Of a DNA stretch of 31,802 nt, positions 1 to 8,160 are shown one piece after another. Where the stretch lies: positions 1 to 31,802 of the forward strand of contig CBDUZK010000001.1 of the NCBI GenBank assembly GCA_965371675.1. The letters are read 5' to 3'. How positions within the stretch are numbered: position 1 is the first letter of the stretch; each line of letters begins with the position of its first letter. The position numbers and the translations under genes were made by a program. The notes under the pieces were generated by a model. The model did no database searches and was not told the origin of the DNA. It worked only from the letters and a program-made list of their open reading frames with translations. The stretch is from an uncultured bacterium (GTDB lineage: Bacteria > Hydrothermota > Tepidihabitantia > Tepidihabitantales > Tepidihabitantaceae).

Positions 1-3000
1 TCATCACCGACGGCGCTCCGAAGCCGCGGCCAGCGGACGAGAAGCTGCGAATGAAGGAATCGACTATGGCAGAGTTCACAATCGCGCACAGGTAGTGCGC
101 TTCAGTCCTGGAGGACGCTGCGATCATCGACGTGGTATCGGTTGCTATGAGAGTTTTCCGCCCGAACGGCGTCTGGGTGGATGACAGGACCGTGCCGACC
201 ATTCTTCCTGCCATGCGCTTCCAGACTGTCCTGTACGACGCGAACGTCCATTCTCCGATGTTATACTGCGAGTAGAATGGAGCCTTAGGCACATATGTAT
301 CCGGTCGCCCTTCATGTGGTACTTTGTCACAGTAGTACTTCCGAAAGGCGGCCCGACGAAGGAGAACCGGCTTGAACACAGCAAGATATGCAAGCGTAAG
401 AGGCGCCTCGACCTCCAGGACGCCGGGGTCGATACCCTTCCGAGCTGCGGGGTCCTGTATGACAAGTGTGTAGAAGTGGCCCTTGGTTCCGTACCGCATT
501 AGCTCGCCCCCACTGACAGTCGGGTACACGAACTTGGTTTCGATCGATGTCCTGAGTGGTTTGATGCGTGTCTTGCCTCGGTCGTGCATGTTCGAAACGA
601 CCAGCAGTTTGTCCGGGCGGACTTCACGTACCTTGAGCCAGAAAACCCCGTACGGTTCTATCCGGGCACCAACCCACGGGCGGTACTTATTCTCGCCTTT
701 GAGTGCAGATAGAATATCGAGGTGGGTCTGGGTAGCGGTCTGCCACGACGACTCAATCCGATGAGGGTCAACGGGGATAGCCTGAAGGCTGGTTCGGAGT
801 GTATTCTTCCGGACCGTACCGATATCCCAGCCTGGGCGCACATGACCGATACCCTTCCTCGTGCGCCATTCCAACACCGGCACAGGGTACGTGGTCTTGC
901 GTCCCTTCTGCATCACAAACAGGGACGTCTTGTTTGCGGCTCGGAACGGCTTGAGGTTGACCATGTCCTCCATTCTCAGGACTTTGAGTGGGATACGTTT
1001 GTGTTTGATTTCGAATCCGCGGAAGCCCTCGCCTGCGCCCTTGGACTTGAAAACCTCCATCGTGATCAGGAACCCCAGCTTGCCTTTGTCCTTGAGGTAG
1101 TTGTCGGCACAGACGTAAGTGAAGAGCATCGAGAAGTCCTTCTCGCCGGCTCCGAGTCGTGTCTCGTGTCCTTTGAGCGAGAAGAGGCCGTAGCGATGCC
1201 ACATTTTCAGCGTCTTCCTGCGGTAGTCATCCGACAAGTAGCCCCACCGTATCCACGGCGGGTTGCCGATGACGAAGTCGAACTTGCCGACGTAGACCGG
1301 CGCGAAAGCGTTCTTTATGTACCGCGCCCAGATGCCGTCTTCTCCAGCTTCATCGATCTTCTTGATGCGCTTATAGACATCCTCCAGCATATCGATGTCA
1401 GTGACCTCGAGTTTAAACTCGTTCGTCAGTCGAGTTCGGAAGGCCTCAAGCGACAAACGATGGCCGCCGCGCAGGGCCATGTCGACCATCGCTGTGAACT
1501 TGTCGATTTGCTCCCTGTCCTGCATCGTGATCGGGAACTGGAAGGTCTCCCGGGAGGTAGTAAACACCAGCCGGTCCTTGAACTCGATCTCTCCCTCGTC
1601 CTCGTATCTGGATGGAGCCCGCACCGAGTCGCACAGGTAGACAGGCAGCGATATCGGCCGGACGTAGGGGATGAACCGGGCGAACGCCACCAGGTAGTTG
1701 GTCCGTGATGCCAGGACCGCCAGTGGGTTGAGGTCGAAACCGACGATATCCTCAAGCACCCGTCGTCCGTGCGATGCCGGATCAAGCTTGCCCTTCTTGC
1801 CGGCGGTATCAATGGCCCGGTGGATAGCCTGAACGAGAAATGTCCCCGAGCCACAGGCCGGGTCCAGGAAACGCGTCCCCGGCTTCCCTTTGTAGCCGGT
1901 TCGGTCGATGAGGTAGCCGGCAAGCCAGTCCGGCGTGTAGTACTCGCCGAGGGCATGGCGCAATTCCTTGGGTACTATGTCCTCGTACAGGTTCTGGAGC
2001 AGGTCGCGCGTCCAAGCCGGCTCTAGAACGGGCGTGGCCGCTTCAAACCGTGCCAGGGCCTCGACGGTCGTCCTGACCGCCCCGATCAACCCGGGTGACC
2101 AGGCGTCCAGGTACCAGGAGAAAAAGTCCGCTTCCAGGAAATTGACGATACCTCGCTCGGCGAACTCGGCTCCGCTTTCCATCTGGGACAGCTTTACTCG
2201 GAGTTCCTTGTCATTGACCGCTCCAAGGTCCGAGACAAAGGACTCCACCGAGCTACCTTGCTGTAGTGAAACCAACTCAACCGCAATCAATTTCATCAGG
2301 AGCGCGTAGTAAGTGTGGATAGCGAACAGCAGTTGCTTCAACCGTACGCCACCGGGCATCTCGTACAGCTCGGCGGTCTGAGCCGCAGCTGCCTGAGCTC
2401 TTGCCAGTTCCTGCCCGTAGACTACACCGAAGATACGGTCCCACTCCTTGAAGAACGTCCTGGTTCGGGATGCTGACTGCTGACGCTGAGCCTTCATAAC
2501 CGCAGTGTAGAGCTCGGCTACCATCCGACAGGCCACATCGTGGGGAGGGGCGAAGACTGCGGCCAGGTTCTGAGCTGTGAGAGGTCGCCGCTCGGACGCG
2601 CGGAAGAGCACGAGCAAGTTCGCGATACTGTACGCTGAGATCGGATACGGGCCGAGTATCTGGAATCCGCGTCGGACTTTGACCTCCGGGAACAACTCCT
2701 CTGCCGCCTGCTTACTGGGAACCGGAAGCTGCAGTAGGGTAGCGGTTTTGCTGAACCGAAGGAACAGGATGTTCTGTCCGTCCGTGGCAATGCCGACCGC
2801 CTTCTCCAGATAGTCTTCACGCATGCCTCCGTACTTCTTGGCGTCCGCTGTCAGGTACTTCTGGAGCTGCTGATTGACCTTGGCGACTTCGGCCTTGCTC
2901 TTCAAGCGTCCGGGTTTTTTGTACTCAATGGTGATGAAGCCGTAGACGCTGTCCCGGCGGCCACCGAAGGTCGTGGATGATTTCTCGTAGCGGACGCCAC

Positions 3001-3139
3001 TGACGTCCAGCCCCATCTGCTTCAAGGCGGCCTGCAGGATTGGCTCGAACGCCATCTTCAGATCCTCTTCAGTTATCGCCCGTCCCGCAGCCTTGAGAAT
3101 GGCCTTGGCGATACGGGCTGTGTCAGCTTCTGTTCCCAT
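1..3139 (-). CDS. Type IIG fused restriction endonuclease / N6-adenine methyltransferase (Eco57I/BseRI-like), 3' end truncated by window edge
   Basis: Hand translation of the minus strand from ATG at 3139 stays open to base 1 (>1046 aa). N-terminal PD-(D/E)xK-like 'RDSVYGFITIEYKKPG', motif X 'LGEYYTPDWLA', motif I 'FLDPACGSGTFL', motif IV 'FDFVIGNPPW', and a C-terminal TRD-like region. Absent from the ORF track because there is no stop in the window. Confidence 0.9.
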   Translation of the reverse strand, partial: MGTEADTARIAKAILKAAGRAITEEDLKMAFEPILQAALKQMGLDVSGVRYEKSSTTFGGRRDSVYGFITIEYKKPGRLKSKAEVAKVNQQLQKYLTADAKKYGGMREDYLEKAVGIATDGQNILFLRFSKTATLLQLPVPSKQAAEELFPEVKVRRGFQILGPYPISAYSIANLLVLFRASERRPLTAQNLAAVFAPPHDVACRMVAELYTAVMKAQRQQSASRTRTFFKEWDRIFGVVYGQELARAQAAAAQTAELYEMPGGVRLKQLLFAIHTYYALLMKLIAVELVSLQQGSSVESFVSDLGAVNDKELRVKLSQMESGAEFAERGIVNFLEADFFSWYLDAWSPGLIGAVRTTVEALARFEAATPVLEPAWTRDLLQNLYEDIVPKELRHALGEYYTPDWLAGYLIDRTGYKGKPGTRFLDPACGSGTFLVQAIHRAIDTAGKKGKLDPASHGRRVLEDIVGFDLNPLAVLASRTNYLVAFARFIPYVRPISLPVYLCDSVRAPSRYEDEGEIEFKDRLVFTTSRETFQFPITMQDREQIDKFTAMVDMALRGGHRLSLEAFRTRLTNEFKLEVTDIDMLEDVYKRIKKIDEAGEDGIWARYIKNAFAPVYVGKFDFVIGNPPWIRWGYLSDDYRRKTLKMWHRYGLFSLKGHETRLGAGEKDFSMLFTYVCADNYLKDKGKLGFLITMEVFKSKGAGEGFRGFEIKHKRIPLKVLRMEDMVNLKPFRAANKTSLFVMQKGRKTTYPVPVLEWRTRKGIGHVRPGWDIGTVRKNTLRTSLQAIPVDPHRIESSWQTATQTHLDILSALKGENKYRPWVGARIEPYGVFWLKVREVRPDKLLVVSNMHDRGKTRIKPLRTSIETKFVYPTVSGGELMRYGTKGHFYTLVIQDPAARKGIDPGVLEVEAPLTLAYLAVFKPVLLRRAAFRKYYCDKVPHEGRPDTYVPKAPFYSQYNIGEWTFASYRTVWKRMAGRMVGTVLSSTQTPFGRKTLIATDTTSMIAASSRTEAHYLCAIVNSAIVDSFIRSFSSAGRGFGAPSVM

Positions 3140-3148
3140 ATGCCAGCC

Positions 3149-3176
3149 AGCATATGCCCGTAGCTTCTACAGTCAA
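3149..3176 (-). promoter_or_regulatory. sigma70-like promoter of the RM gene
   Basis: Minus strand TTGACT-N16-TATGCT, 9 nt before ATG 3139; no SD. Confidence 0.6.
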
Positions 3177-3566
3177 GAGCGAACCGTTGAACATACGTAA
3201 GCTTCGTCATGGCAACCGGCTGGCGCACTTGTAGATTCATGAGCGTCGGAACTTCGGGCATGGGCCAAAACGAGGGTCGTTGCGGCGGCTGTGGTGAGGG
3301 TTCTTGCGGCGACCTGCTCGGTTGGTTTGAGCAGCGTCGCGGCGGCAGGACGGATGTCATCCATGAAGAGCGACACGCTGGCCGGCATGGGGTGGAAGGC
3401 GGCCCCCGGAGTGGTACAGGGGACGGCTGTGATGACCATGTCGTAGCAGGAAGCGACTTATTGCCAGGCATGCGGTGGTCATGTTGCGTTTTCGGTTCCA
3501 ATTCCCTGTGATTCCTGGCTGCGATAGTGCCGAATCCCCGCTGCTACCCCCACTCCCTACTGCATT

Positions 3567-3782
3567 CCCGGGGCGGCTCCGGTAGCGGCCCCCCTAGCCG
3601 CTGGGGGGATGGCTACCCCAATAACTACCCTAGCCGCTAGGGTAACGGCCAGGGTAGCCGCCAGGGTAACGGCCAGGGTAGCCACTGGGGTAGCGGTCAG
3701 GGTAGCCGCTCCCCTAGCCGCTGGGGGGACGGCCCCGGGGGCGGTTGGGGGGATAGCCCGGGGATACCCCCGGGGAGAGCCC
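3567..3782. repeat. Degenerate 12-bp-period minisatellite, ~18 units
   Basis: Units stay in phase, e.g. AGGGTAACGGCC, AGGGTAGCCGCC, AGGGTAGCCACT, GGGGTAGCGGTC, CCCCTAGCCGCT. Exact 19-bp repeat CCCCTAGCCGCTGGGGGGA at 3591-3609 and 3711-3729. Confidence 0.85.
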
Positions 3783-4002
3783 CCACGCTGAATTGTCAAC
3801 CCAGATAACACATTGGTTTGCCGGGCGTTAGCGGAAATGACCCGTCAGTTTATTTGTTTCATAGTGTTGATAGTCAATAAAGTGAACTATTCGGGCCGTA
3901 GGCGTAAGTGCTTGTTCCGAATTGCGAGTTGCGGATTCCGAATGGCGAATACTGCCCGGTACTCTTGGTGTCTACCCTGGGCTGCCCGACCCCGGAAACC
4001 CC

Positions 4003-4034
4003 TTGCCTTTATGCCAGCTTTACTGTAATATAAT
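4003..4034 (+). promoter_or_regulatory. Promoter for the MerR-like/VIT-vWA operon (leaderless)
   Basis: TATAAT at 4029-4034, 6 nt before ATG 4041. TTGCCT at 4003-4008 gives a 20-nt spacer, or 17 nt to the alternative -10 TAATAT at 4026-4031. Confidence 0.65.
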
Positions 4035-4040
4035 ACTGTC

Positions 4041-4475
4041 ATGAAAGAGCTACAAAAGTTCGGCCTCGATGAGGTGTGCGCGCTGACCGGGTTCCCGAAA
4101 CGGACGGTCCGGTATTACATCCAGCTCGGGCTGGTGGACCGGCCGGAGGGGTCGAAGCGGGGCGCGTATTACACCGGGTGTCACCTGGAACAGTTGCTCG
4201 CGGTGAAGACGTGGCAGCGTTCCGGGTTGTCGCTCGAACGGATTCGGGAGCTTCTGGGCAGCGAGGATGCCGCACTGGCGGTCCCGGCCAAAGGCCGCGG
4301 CGCGGGCACGGTCGAGGTCTGGAGCCACATGGTGCTGGGTGACGGGTTGGAGTTGCACGTCGAGCCCGGGCAGGCCGAGCTGAACCCGAAGCAGTTGCGC
4401 GCGCTCGCCCGGGGAGTCCGCGAGTTGATGGACGGCATCCGGTCGGCGGACCCGGAGCGCGGAAAGGAAAGCTGA
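4041..4475 (+). CDS. MerR-family helix-turn-helix protein
   Basis: 'FGLDEVCALTGFPKRTVRYYIQLGLVDRPEG..RGAYY..HLEQL' is a MerR-type wHTH. TGATG overlap with the next gene. Confidence 0.85.
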   Translation: MKELQKFGLDEVCALTGFPKRTVRYYIQLGLVDRPEGSKRGAYYTGCHLEQLLAVKTWQRSGLSLERIRELLGSEDAALAVPAKGRGAGTVEVWSHMVLGDGLELHVEPGQAELNPKQLRALARGVRELMDGIRSADPERGKES

Positions 4476-6706
4476 TGATAGGTTCACATTTGTCGGCGCC
4501 GGAGTTGAGGGTGCGAGGACAGGCCCGGGTCGTGCTGCAGGGCGTGGAGGTGGAAGCCAGGCTGCAGGACCTGGTATCCGAGGTGGAGATATGTCAGACG
4601 TACCGGAACCTAGAGCAGAGGAACATCGAAGCGGTGTATACGTTCGCGCTGCCGCTGGACGCGGTCCTGCTTGAACTGGTGGTGCACCTGGGCGAGCGGA
4701 AGCTCCGGGGGCACGTGGTCGAGAAGACCGAGGCCGAGGAGCGGTACGAGAATGCAATCACCGACGGCGACTCGGTTGTCATGCTCGAACGGGCGGCGGA
4801 CGGGGTCTACACGATGAACGTCGGCAACCTGATGGCGGGCGAGACCGCGCGGGTCCGGTTCCGTTACGCGTTGCTCCAGCAATGGCAGGACGACACGCTG
4901 CGGTTTCTCCTGCCGACCGTGATTGCCCCACGTTACGGAAGCGCCGCGCGGGCCGGGCTGGCGCCGCACCAGGAACCGGACACGGACACGACCGGTGACG
5001 TGGAGAACCGGTTTCGGCTCCGGGTCAAGGTGACAGGCCTGCTGCGGCAGGCGGAGTTTGACTGCCCGACCCACCGGGTTACGACCGAACGCGGGGAGGA
5101 ATCGACCGTGATATCCCTCGCCGACGGGTCCGCGGTCATGGACCGGGATTTCGTCCTGAATTTCCGGCTCGACCAGGCGGGAAGCGCGAGCGCAACCGTG
5201 AGCCGGGACCGGGACGGGTACGTCGCCCTTGCGTCATTCAACCCGCGTTTCCCGGTGAGGATGGACGACGCGCCCCGCAGCCTGAAGGTGGTAATCGATT
5301 GTTCCGGGTCGATGATGGGGGACTCGATTGGCCAGGCGCGCAGAGCATTTATGCGGATTCTGGATTCGCTCCGGCCGCAGGACTGTTTCAACATCGTGGT
5401 GTTCGGAAGCACGGCGCGGGCGCTGTTCCCAACGGGCAGGGAAGCGACCGGCCCGAATTTGATCCGCGCGCGCAAGTTCGCGCGCCAGATGGACGCGGAT
5501 ATGGGCGGGACCGAAATCGCACCGGCATTGAACCTGGCGTACCGGCTGACGATGCCGGCAGGAAAACCTCGCGGGGACGTACTGCTGATAACGGATGGAG
5601 AGTTCTGGAACGACGCGGTCGTAACCGAGGACGCTCGCGCATCGGGTCACCGGGTATTCACGGTCGGGGTCGGGAGCGCGGTGGCCGAAGCCGGGCTGCG
5701 CGAACTGGCCGACGCGACCGGGGGCGCGTGCGAGCTGGTGGCGCCAACCGAGGAGATGGCCGGGCACGTGTACCGGCATTTCCAGCGCATCTACCTCCCG
5801 CGTGCCGAACGGGTGAGCCTGAGCTGGCCAGCCGAGCCGGAGGAAGTGGAGTCGAGGCGATTGAACGCGGTCTTCTCCGGGGACACGGTGCACGTGTTCG
5901 CGCGGTTCCGCGAGCGGCCGGAGGGTACTGTCACACTGCGGGCCGAACTCACGGGCGGCAGGCGGGTAGAGCTGGCCACGGACATCCGCGCGCTGGAAAG
6001 CGGCGAAGCGGATGCCGGGCTTTCGACCCTGGCCCGGCTCGGGGCCGCGGCGAAGTTGCGCGGGTTGACCGCACGGCTCATCGACAACGGGGAACCGGAG
6101 GAACATGAGGACGTCCGGGCGCGGGCGGTCGAGCTTGCGACCGCGTACCAGTTGGTGAGTGAAGTGTCGAACTACCTGGTGCTGCACGTCCGGGCCGACG
6201 ATGAAAAGGCGGTGGACCTGCCCGACCTGCGCAAAGTGCGGCAGACCGTTGCCGCGGGCTGGCACGGGCTGGGGAGCGTGGCGATGGGGGCACCGGTAGC
6301 CTATTCCACCCGACGGAAGGCGAAGTTGATGTCGGTGGAGTACGGCATGGTGCTCCACGACGCACAACCGATGTTCCTGCGCAGAAACCTCGGCATAGAG
6401 AACCGCTTCATGTTCGCGTTGAACCAGTGCATTCCATCTGCGTCCGAACGCCTGCCGGTGACGTCCCTGCGTGACCTGGAAACGATGGGCCTGTCCGGTG
6501 AGTGGCTGTCCGCCCTACGGGCCCTGGTGGAAGTGGATGGCGAGGACGAGTACATGGTGGTCGTTGCCCTGCTCAAGGCCCTGGTCGACATGGACTCGGA
6601 AAAAGAGCTGTCCCTGAGGTTGAAACGGATGATTCGCAAGGCGTACAAGGAAGCGGGTGTTCCTCGCAAGCTACGGCACGCCGTCGGGCGGATTGTCACG
6701 CCGTGA
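4475..6706 (+). CDS. VIT + von Willebrand factor A domain protein
   Basis: N-terminal VIT-like region ('NIEAVYTFALPLDAVL...AEERYENAITDG'). Intact MIDAS residues: 'VIDCSGSM' (DxSxS), 'GGTE' (T), 'LITDG' (D). Confidence 0.9.
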   Translation: MIGSHLSAPELRVRGQARVVLQGVEVEARLQDLVSEVEICQTYRNLEQRNIEAVYTFALPLDAVLLELVVHLGERKLRGHVVEKTEAEERYENAITDGDSVVMLERAADGVYTMNVGNLMAGETARVRFRYALLQQWQDDTLRFLLPTVIAPRYGSAARAGLAPHQEPDTDTTGDVENRFRLRVKVTGLLRQAEFDCPTHRVTTERGEESTVISLADGSAVMDRDFVLNFRLDQAGSASATVSRDRDGYVALASFNPRFPVRMDDAPRSLKVVIDCSGSMMGDSIGQARRAFMRILDSLRPQDCFNIVVFGSTARALFPTGREATGPNLIRARKFARQMDADMGGTEIAPALNLAYRLTMPAGKPRGDVLLITDGEFWNDAVVTEDARASGHRVFTVGVGSAVAEAGLRELADATGGACELVAPTEEMAGHVYRHFQRIYLPRAERVSLSWPAEPEEVESRRLNAVFSGDTVHVFARFRERPEGTVTLRAELTGGRRVELATDIRALESGEADAGLSTLARLGAAAKLRGLTARLIDNGEPEEHEDVRARAVELATAYQLVSEVSNYLVLHVRADDEKAVDLPDLRKVRQTVAAGWHGLGSVAMGAPVAYSTRRKAKLMSVEYGMVLHDAQPMFLRRNLGIENRFMFALNQCIPSASERLPVTSLRDLETMGLSGEWLSALRALVEVDGEDEYMVVVALLKALVDMDSEKELSLRLKRMIRKAYKEAGVPRKLRHAVGRIVTP

Positions 6707-6824
6707 AAGGAAACGGCTTGCGGGCGCGCCGGCGGAAGTCGCGACTGCTGGAGTCTGCCTGACAGGTAGCACAGGCCGGTAGCGATCTACAACCTGACCG
6801 CCGTAAAGCCCGTAAGCAGAGAAC

Positions 6825-6852
6825 TTGCACTTGTTCCGCTATTGCGTATAAT
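6825..6852 (+). promoter_or_regulatory. Promoter of the TA operon
   Basis: TTGCAC-N16-TATAAT, 10 nt before ATG 6863. It overlaps the track's TTG start at 6842, which argues against that start. Confidence 0.7.
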
Positions 6853-6862
6853 TGTTCCTGAT

Positions 6863-7411
6863 ATGAGAACAGAAGCCCGTGAGGCGTCCCCTGCCCGGGT
6901 GTTGTTCGGCGAGACGCGGCGCAGGATTCTGGACCTGCTCTTCAGGCGGGTTGACGAGGAGTTTCACCTGCGGGACCTGGCACGCACCGCAGGTGTGAGT
7001 CCGGGCGCAGCGCACCGTGAACTGAGCCTGCTGAAGTCTGCCGGGTTCGTGGCGCGTCGGAAGCAGGGACACCAGGTGTATTTCCGCGCGAACCGGGAAT
7101 CGCCGGTATTCTCTGAACTGAAAAGACTGCTTGCAAAGATCTCCGCTGTCCCGACCGGCCGGCCCCCGGATTCCGTGCTGCGCCTGCTGTGGGACGTTGA
7201 CCGGTCGAAGGTCGATATCCGGCAGCATCAGCGGTTCCTGATTGCACGGGTCCTGGACTACGGGGACCCGGAAACGGTGCGCTGGCTGCGACGGACGTAC
7301 GGCGACGAAGCGCTGCTGGAAGTGGTGGATTCCGGCGCCGCGCTCTCCCCTCGAACCGCGGGTTTCTGGCGCGCGCTTCTGCGCCCGGGCCGGACCGGCC
7401 ATGCATCCTGA
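6863..7411 (+). CDS. wHTH (ArsR/MarR-like) fused to a DUF6922-like domain; putative antitoxin/autoregulator
   Basis: N-terminus 'LFGETRRRILDLL..EEFHLRDLARTAGVSPGAAHRELSLL..GFV' is a wHTH. C-terminus 'LLWDVD..DIRQHQRFLIARVLDYGD...WLRRTYG...LSPRTAGFW' matches the small partner typically found with AbiEii-like toxins. Confidence 0.75.
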   Translation: MRTEAREASPARVLFGETRRRILDLLFRRVDEEFHLRDLARTAGVSPGAAHRELSLLKSAGFVARRKQGHQVYFRANRESPVFSELKRLLAKISAVPTGRPPDSVLRLLWDVDRSKVDIRQHQRFLIARVLDYGDPETVRWLRRTYGDEALLEVVDSGAALSPRTAGFWRALLRPGRTGHAS

Positions 7412-8051
7412 AGTCATAAGCCGGGCCGGACGCGAGCTGGTCGAGGTCCTGCCCGAAGAGCTGTTCGAGCGTAAGTTCCACCTCGCCGGCGGTACGGGCC
7501 TCGCGTTCCAGCTTGGACACCGGCGGTCGGGTAGTTTTGACTTCTTCTGCCTTCACCGGTTCGACGTGCCCGGATTGGCCCGACTGCTCGGGTCCCTGCC
7601 CGGATACGCCGAGGTCGCGACGAGCCGCGATACGCTGCACTGCCGGGTGGGCGATGTGAAGCTGTCGTTCATCCACTACCCGGTGGAACTCTGTTACACA
7701 CCGCTGGTCTTCGGCCGCATACCGGTCGCGGACTGGCGGGACATCCTGGCCGAGAAGCTGAAGACCGTGTCTCAGCGCGGCAGCCGCAAGGACTTCTATG
7801 ATATCCACGCGTGCTGCACGTTGCACGGAACGTCACCGCGCGAAGCGGTGGAGTTTCTGCGCGCGCGGTTCCACGACACCGGGCTGAACCTGTACCACGT
7901 CGCCCGGAGCCTGGCCTGGTTCGGGGACGCGGACGCCGAGCCGGACCCGGTGTTGCTGAACCCGACCGACTGGAACAGGGTGAAGGCGTTCTTCATCGAG
8001 CACCTGCCCCAATTCGAGGCTGCGCTGCTCGGCGAGGTATCCGGGGACTGA
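7401..8051 (+). CDS. AbiEii/AbiGii-family nucleotidyltransferase toxin (DxD motif altered)
   Basis: 'FHLAGGTGLAFQLGHRRSGSFDFF', 'ILAEKLKTVSQRGSRKDFYDI', 'SLAWFGDADAEPDP'. ATG 7401 overlaps the upstream stop by 11 nt. Confidence 0.85.
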   Translation: MHPEVISRAGRELVEVLPEELFERKFHLAGGTGLAFQLGHRRSGSFDFFCLHRFDVPGLARLLGSLPGYAEVATSRDTLHCRVGDVKLSFIHYPVELCYTPLVFGRIPVADWRDILAEKLKTVSQRGSRKDFYDIHACCTLHGTSPREAVEFLRARFHDTGLNLYHVARSLAWFGDADAEPDPVLLNPTDWNRVKAFFIEHLPQFEAALLGEVSGD

Positions 8052-8073
8052 TATCTGCCTGCTGCCCGCCTGC

Positions 8074-8101
8074 TTGACACCCGGGATCCTTGCACTATCT
8101 T
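8074..8101 (+). promoter_or_regulatory. sigma70-like promoter upstream of the uORF/Zn-ribbon gene
   Basis: TTGACA-N16-TATCTT, 5 nt before ATG 8107. Confidence 0.6.
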
Positions 8102-8106
8102 GCCGC

Positions 8107-8160
8107 ATGAGCAGGATGACTGAGATCCAGTCCGTACCGGCGCTGACGGAGCCTACCTGA
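8107..8160 (+). other. Putative 17-codon leaderless uORF (MSRMTEIQSVPALTEPT)
   Basis: Starts at the expected TSS; its TGA overlaps the ATG of 8160 (TGATG). Confidence 0.35.

Noticed and set aside
722-1708. 328-aa plus-strand ORF and other ORFs in 145-3073
   Set aside because: Antisense or off-frame shadows of the motif-rich Type IIG RM gene on the minus strand.
3173-3511. ORFs 3073-3501(-), 3173-3439(-) and 3209-3511(+)
   Set aside because: No recognisable motifs, SD or promoter. The ~350 bp remain unexplained, but no call can be supported.
3567-3782. CRISPR array
   Set aside because: Units are 12 bp, contiguous and degenerate, with no unique spacers and no cas genes.
4021-4040. E. coli-type LexA box (TACTGTAATATAATACTGTC)
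   Set aside because: The right half-site is ACTG rather than ACAG, breaking the essential CTG-N10-CAG dyad. The host is not evidently a gammaproteobacterium.
5234-6367. 377-aa minus-strand ORF and similar long ORFs (15048-16346, 20680-22278, 23309-24586)
   Set aside because: Typical high-GC antisense shadows of well-supported genes, with no motifs of their own.
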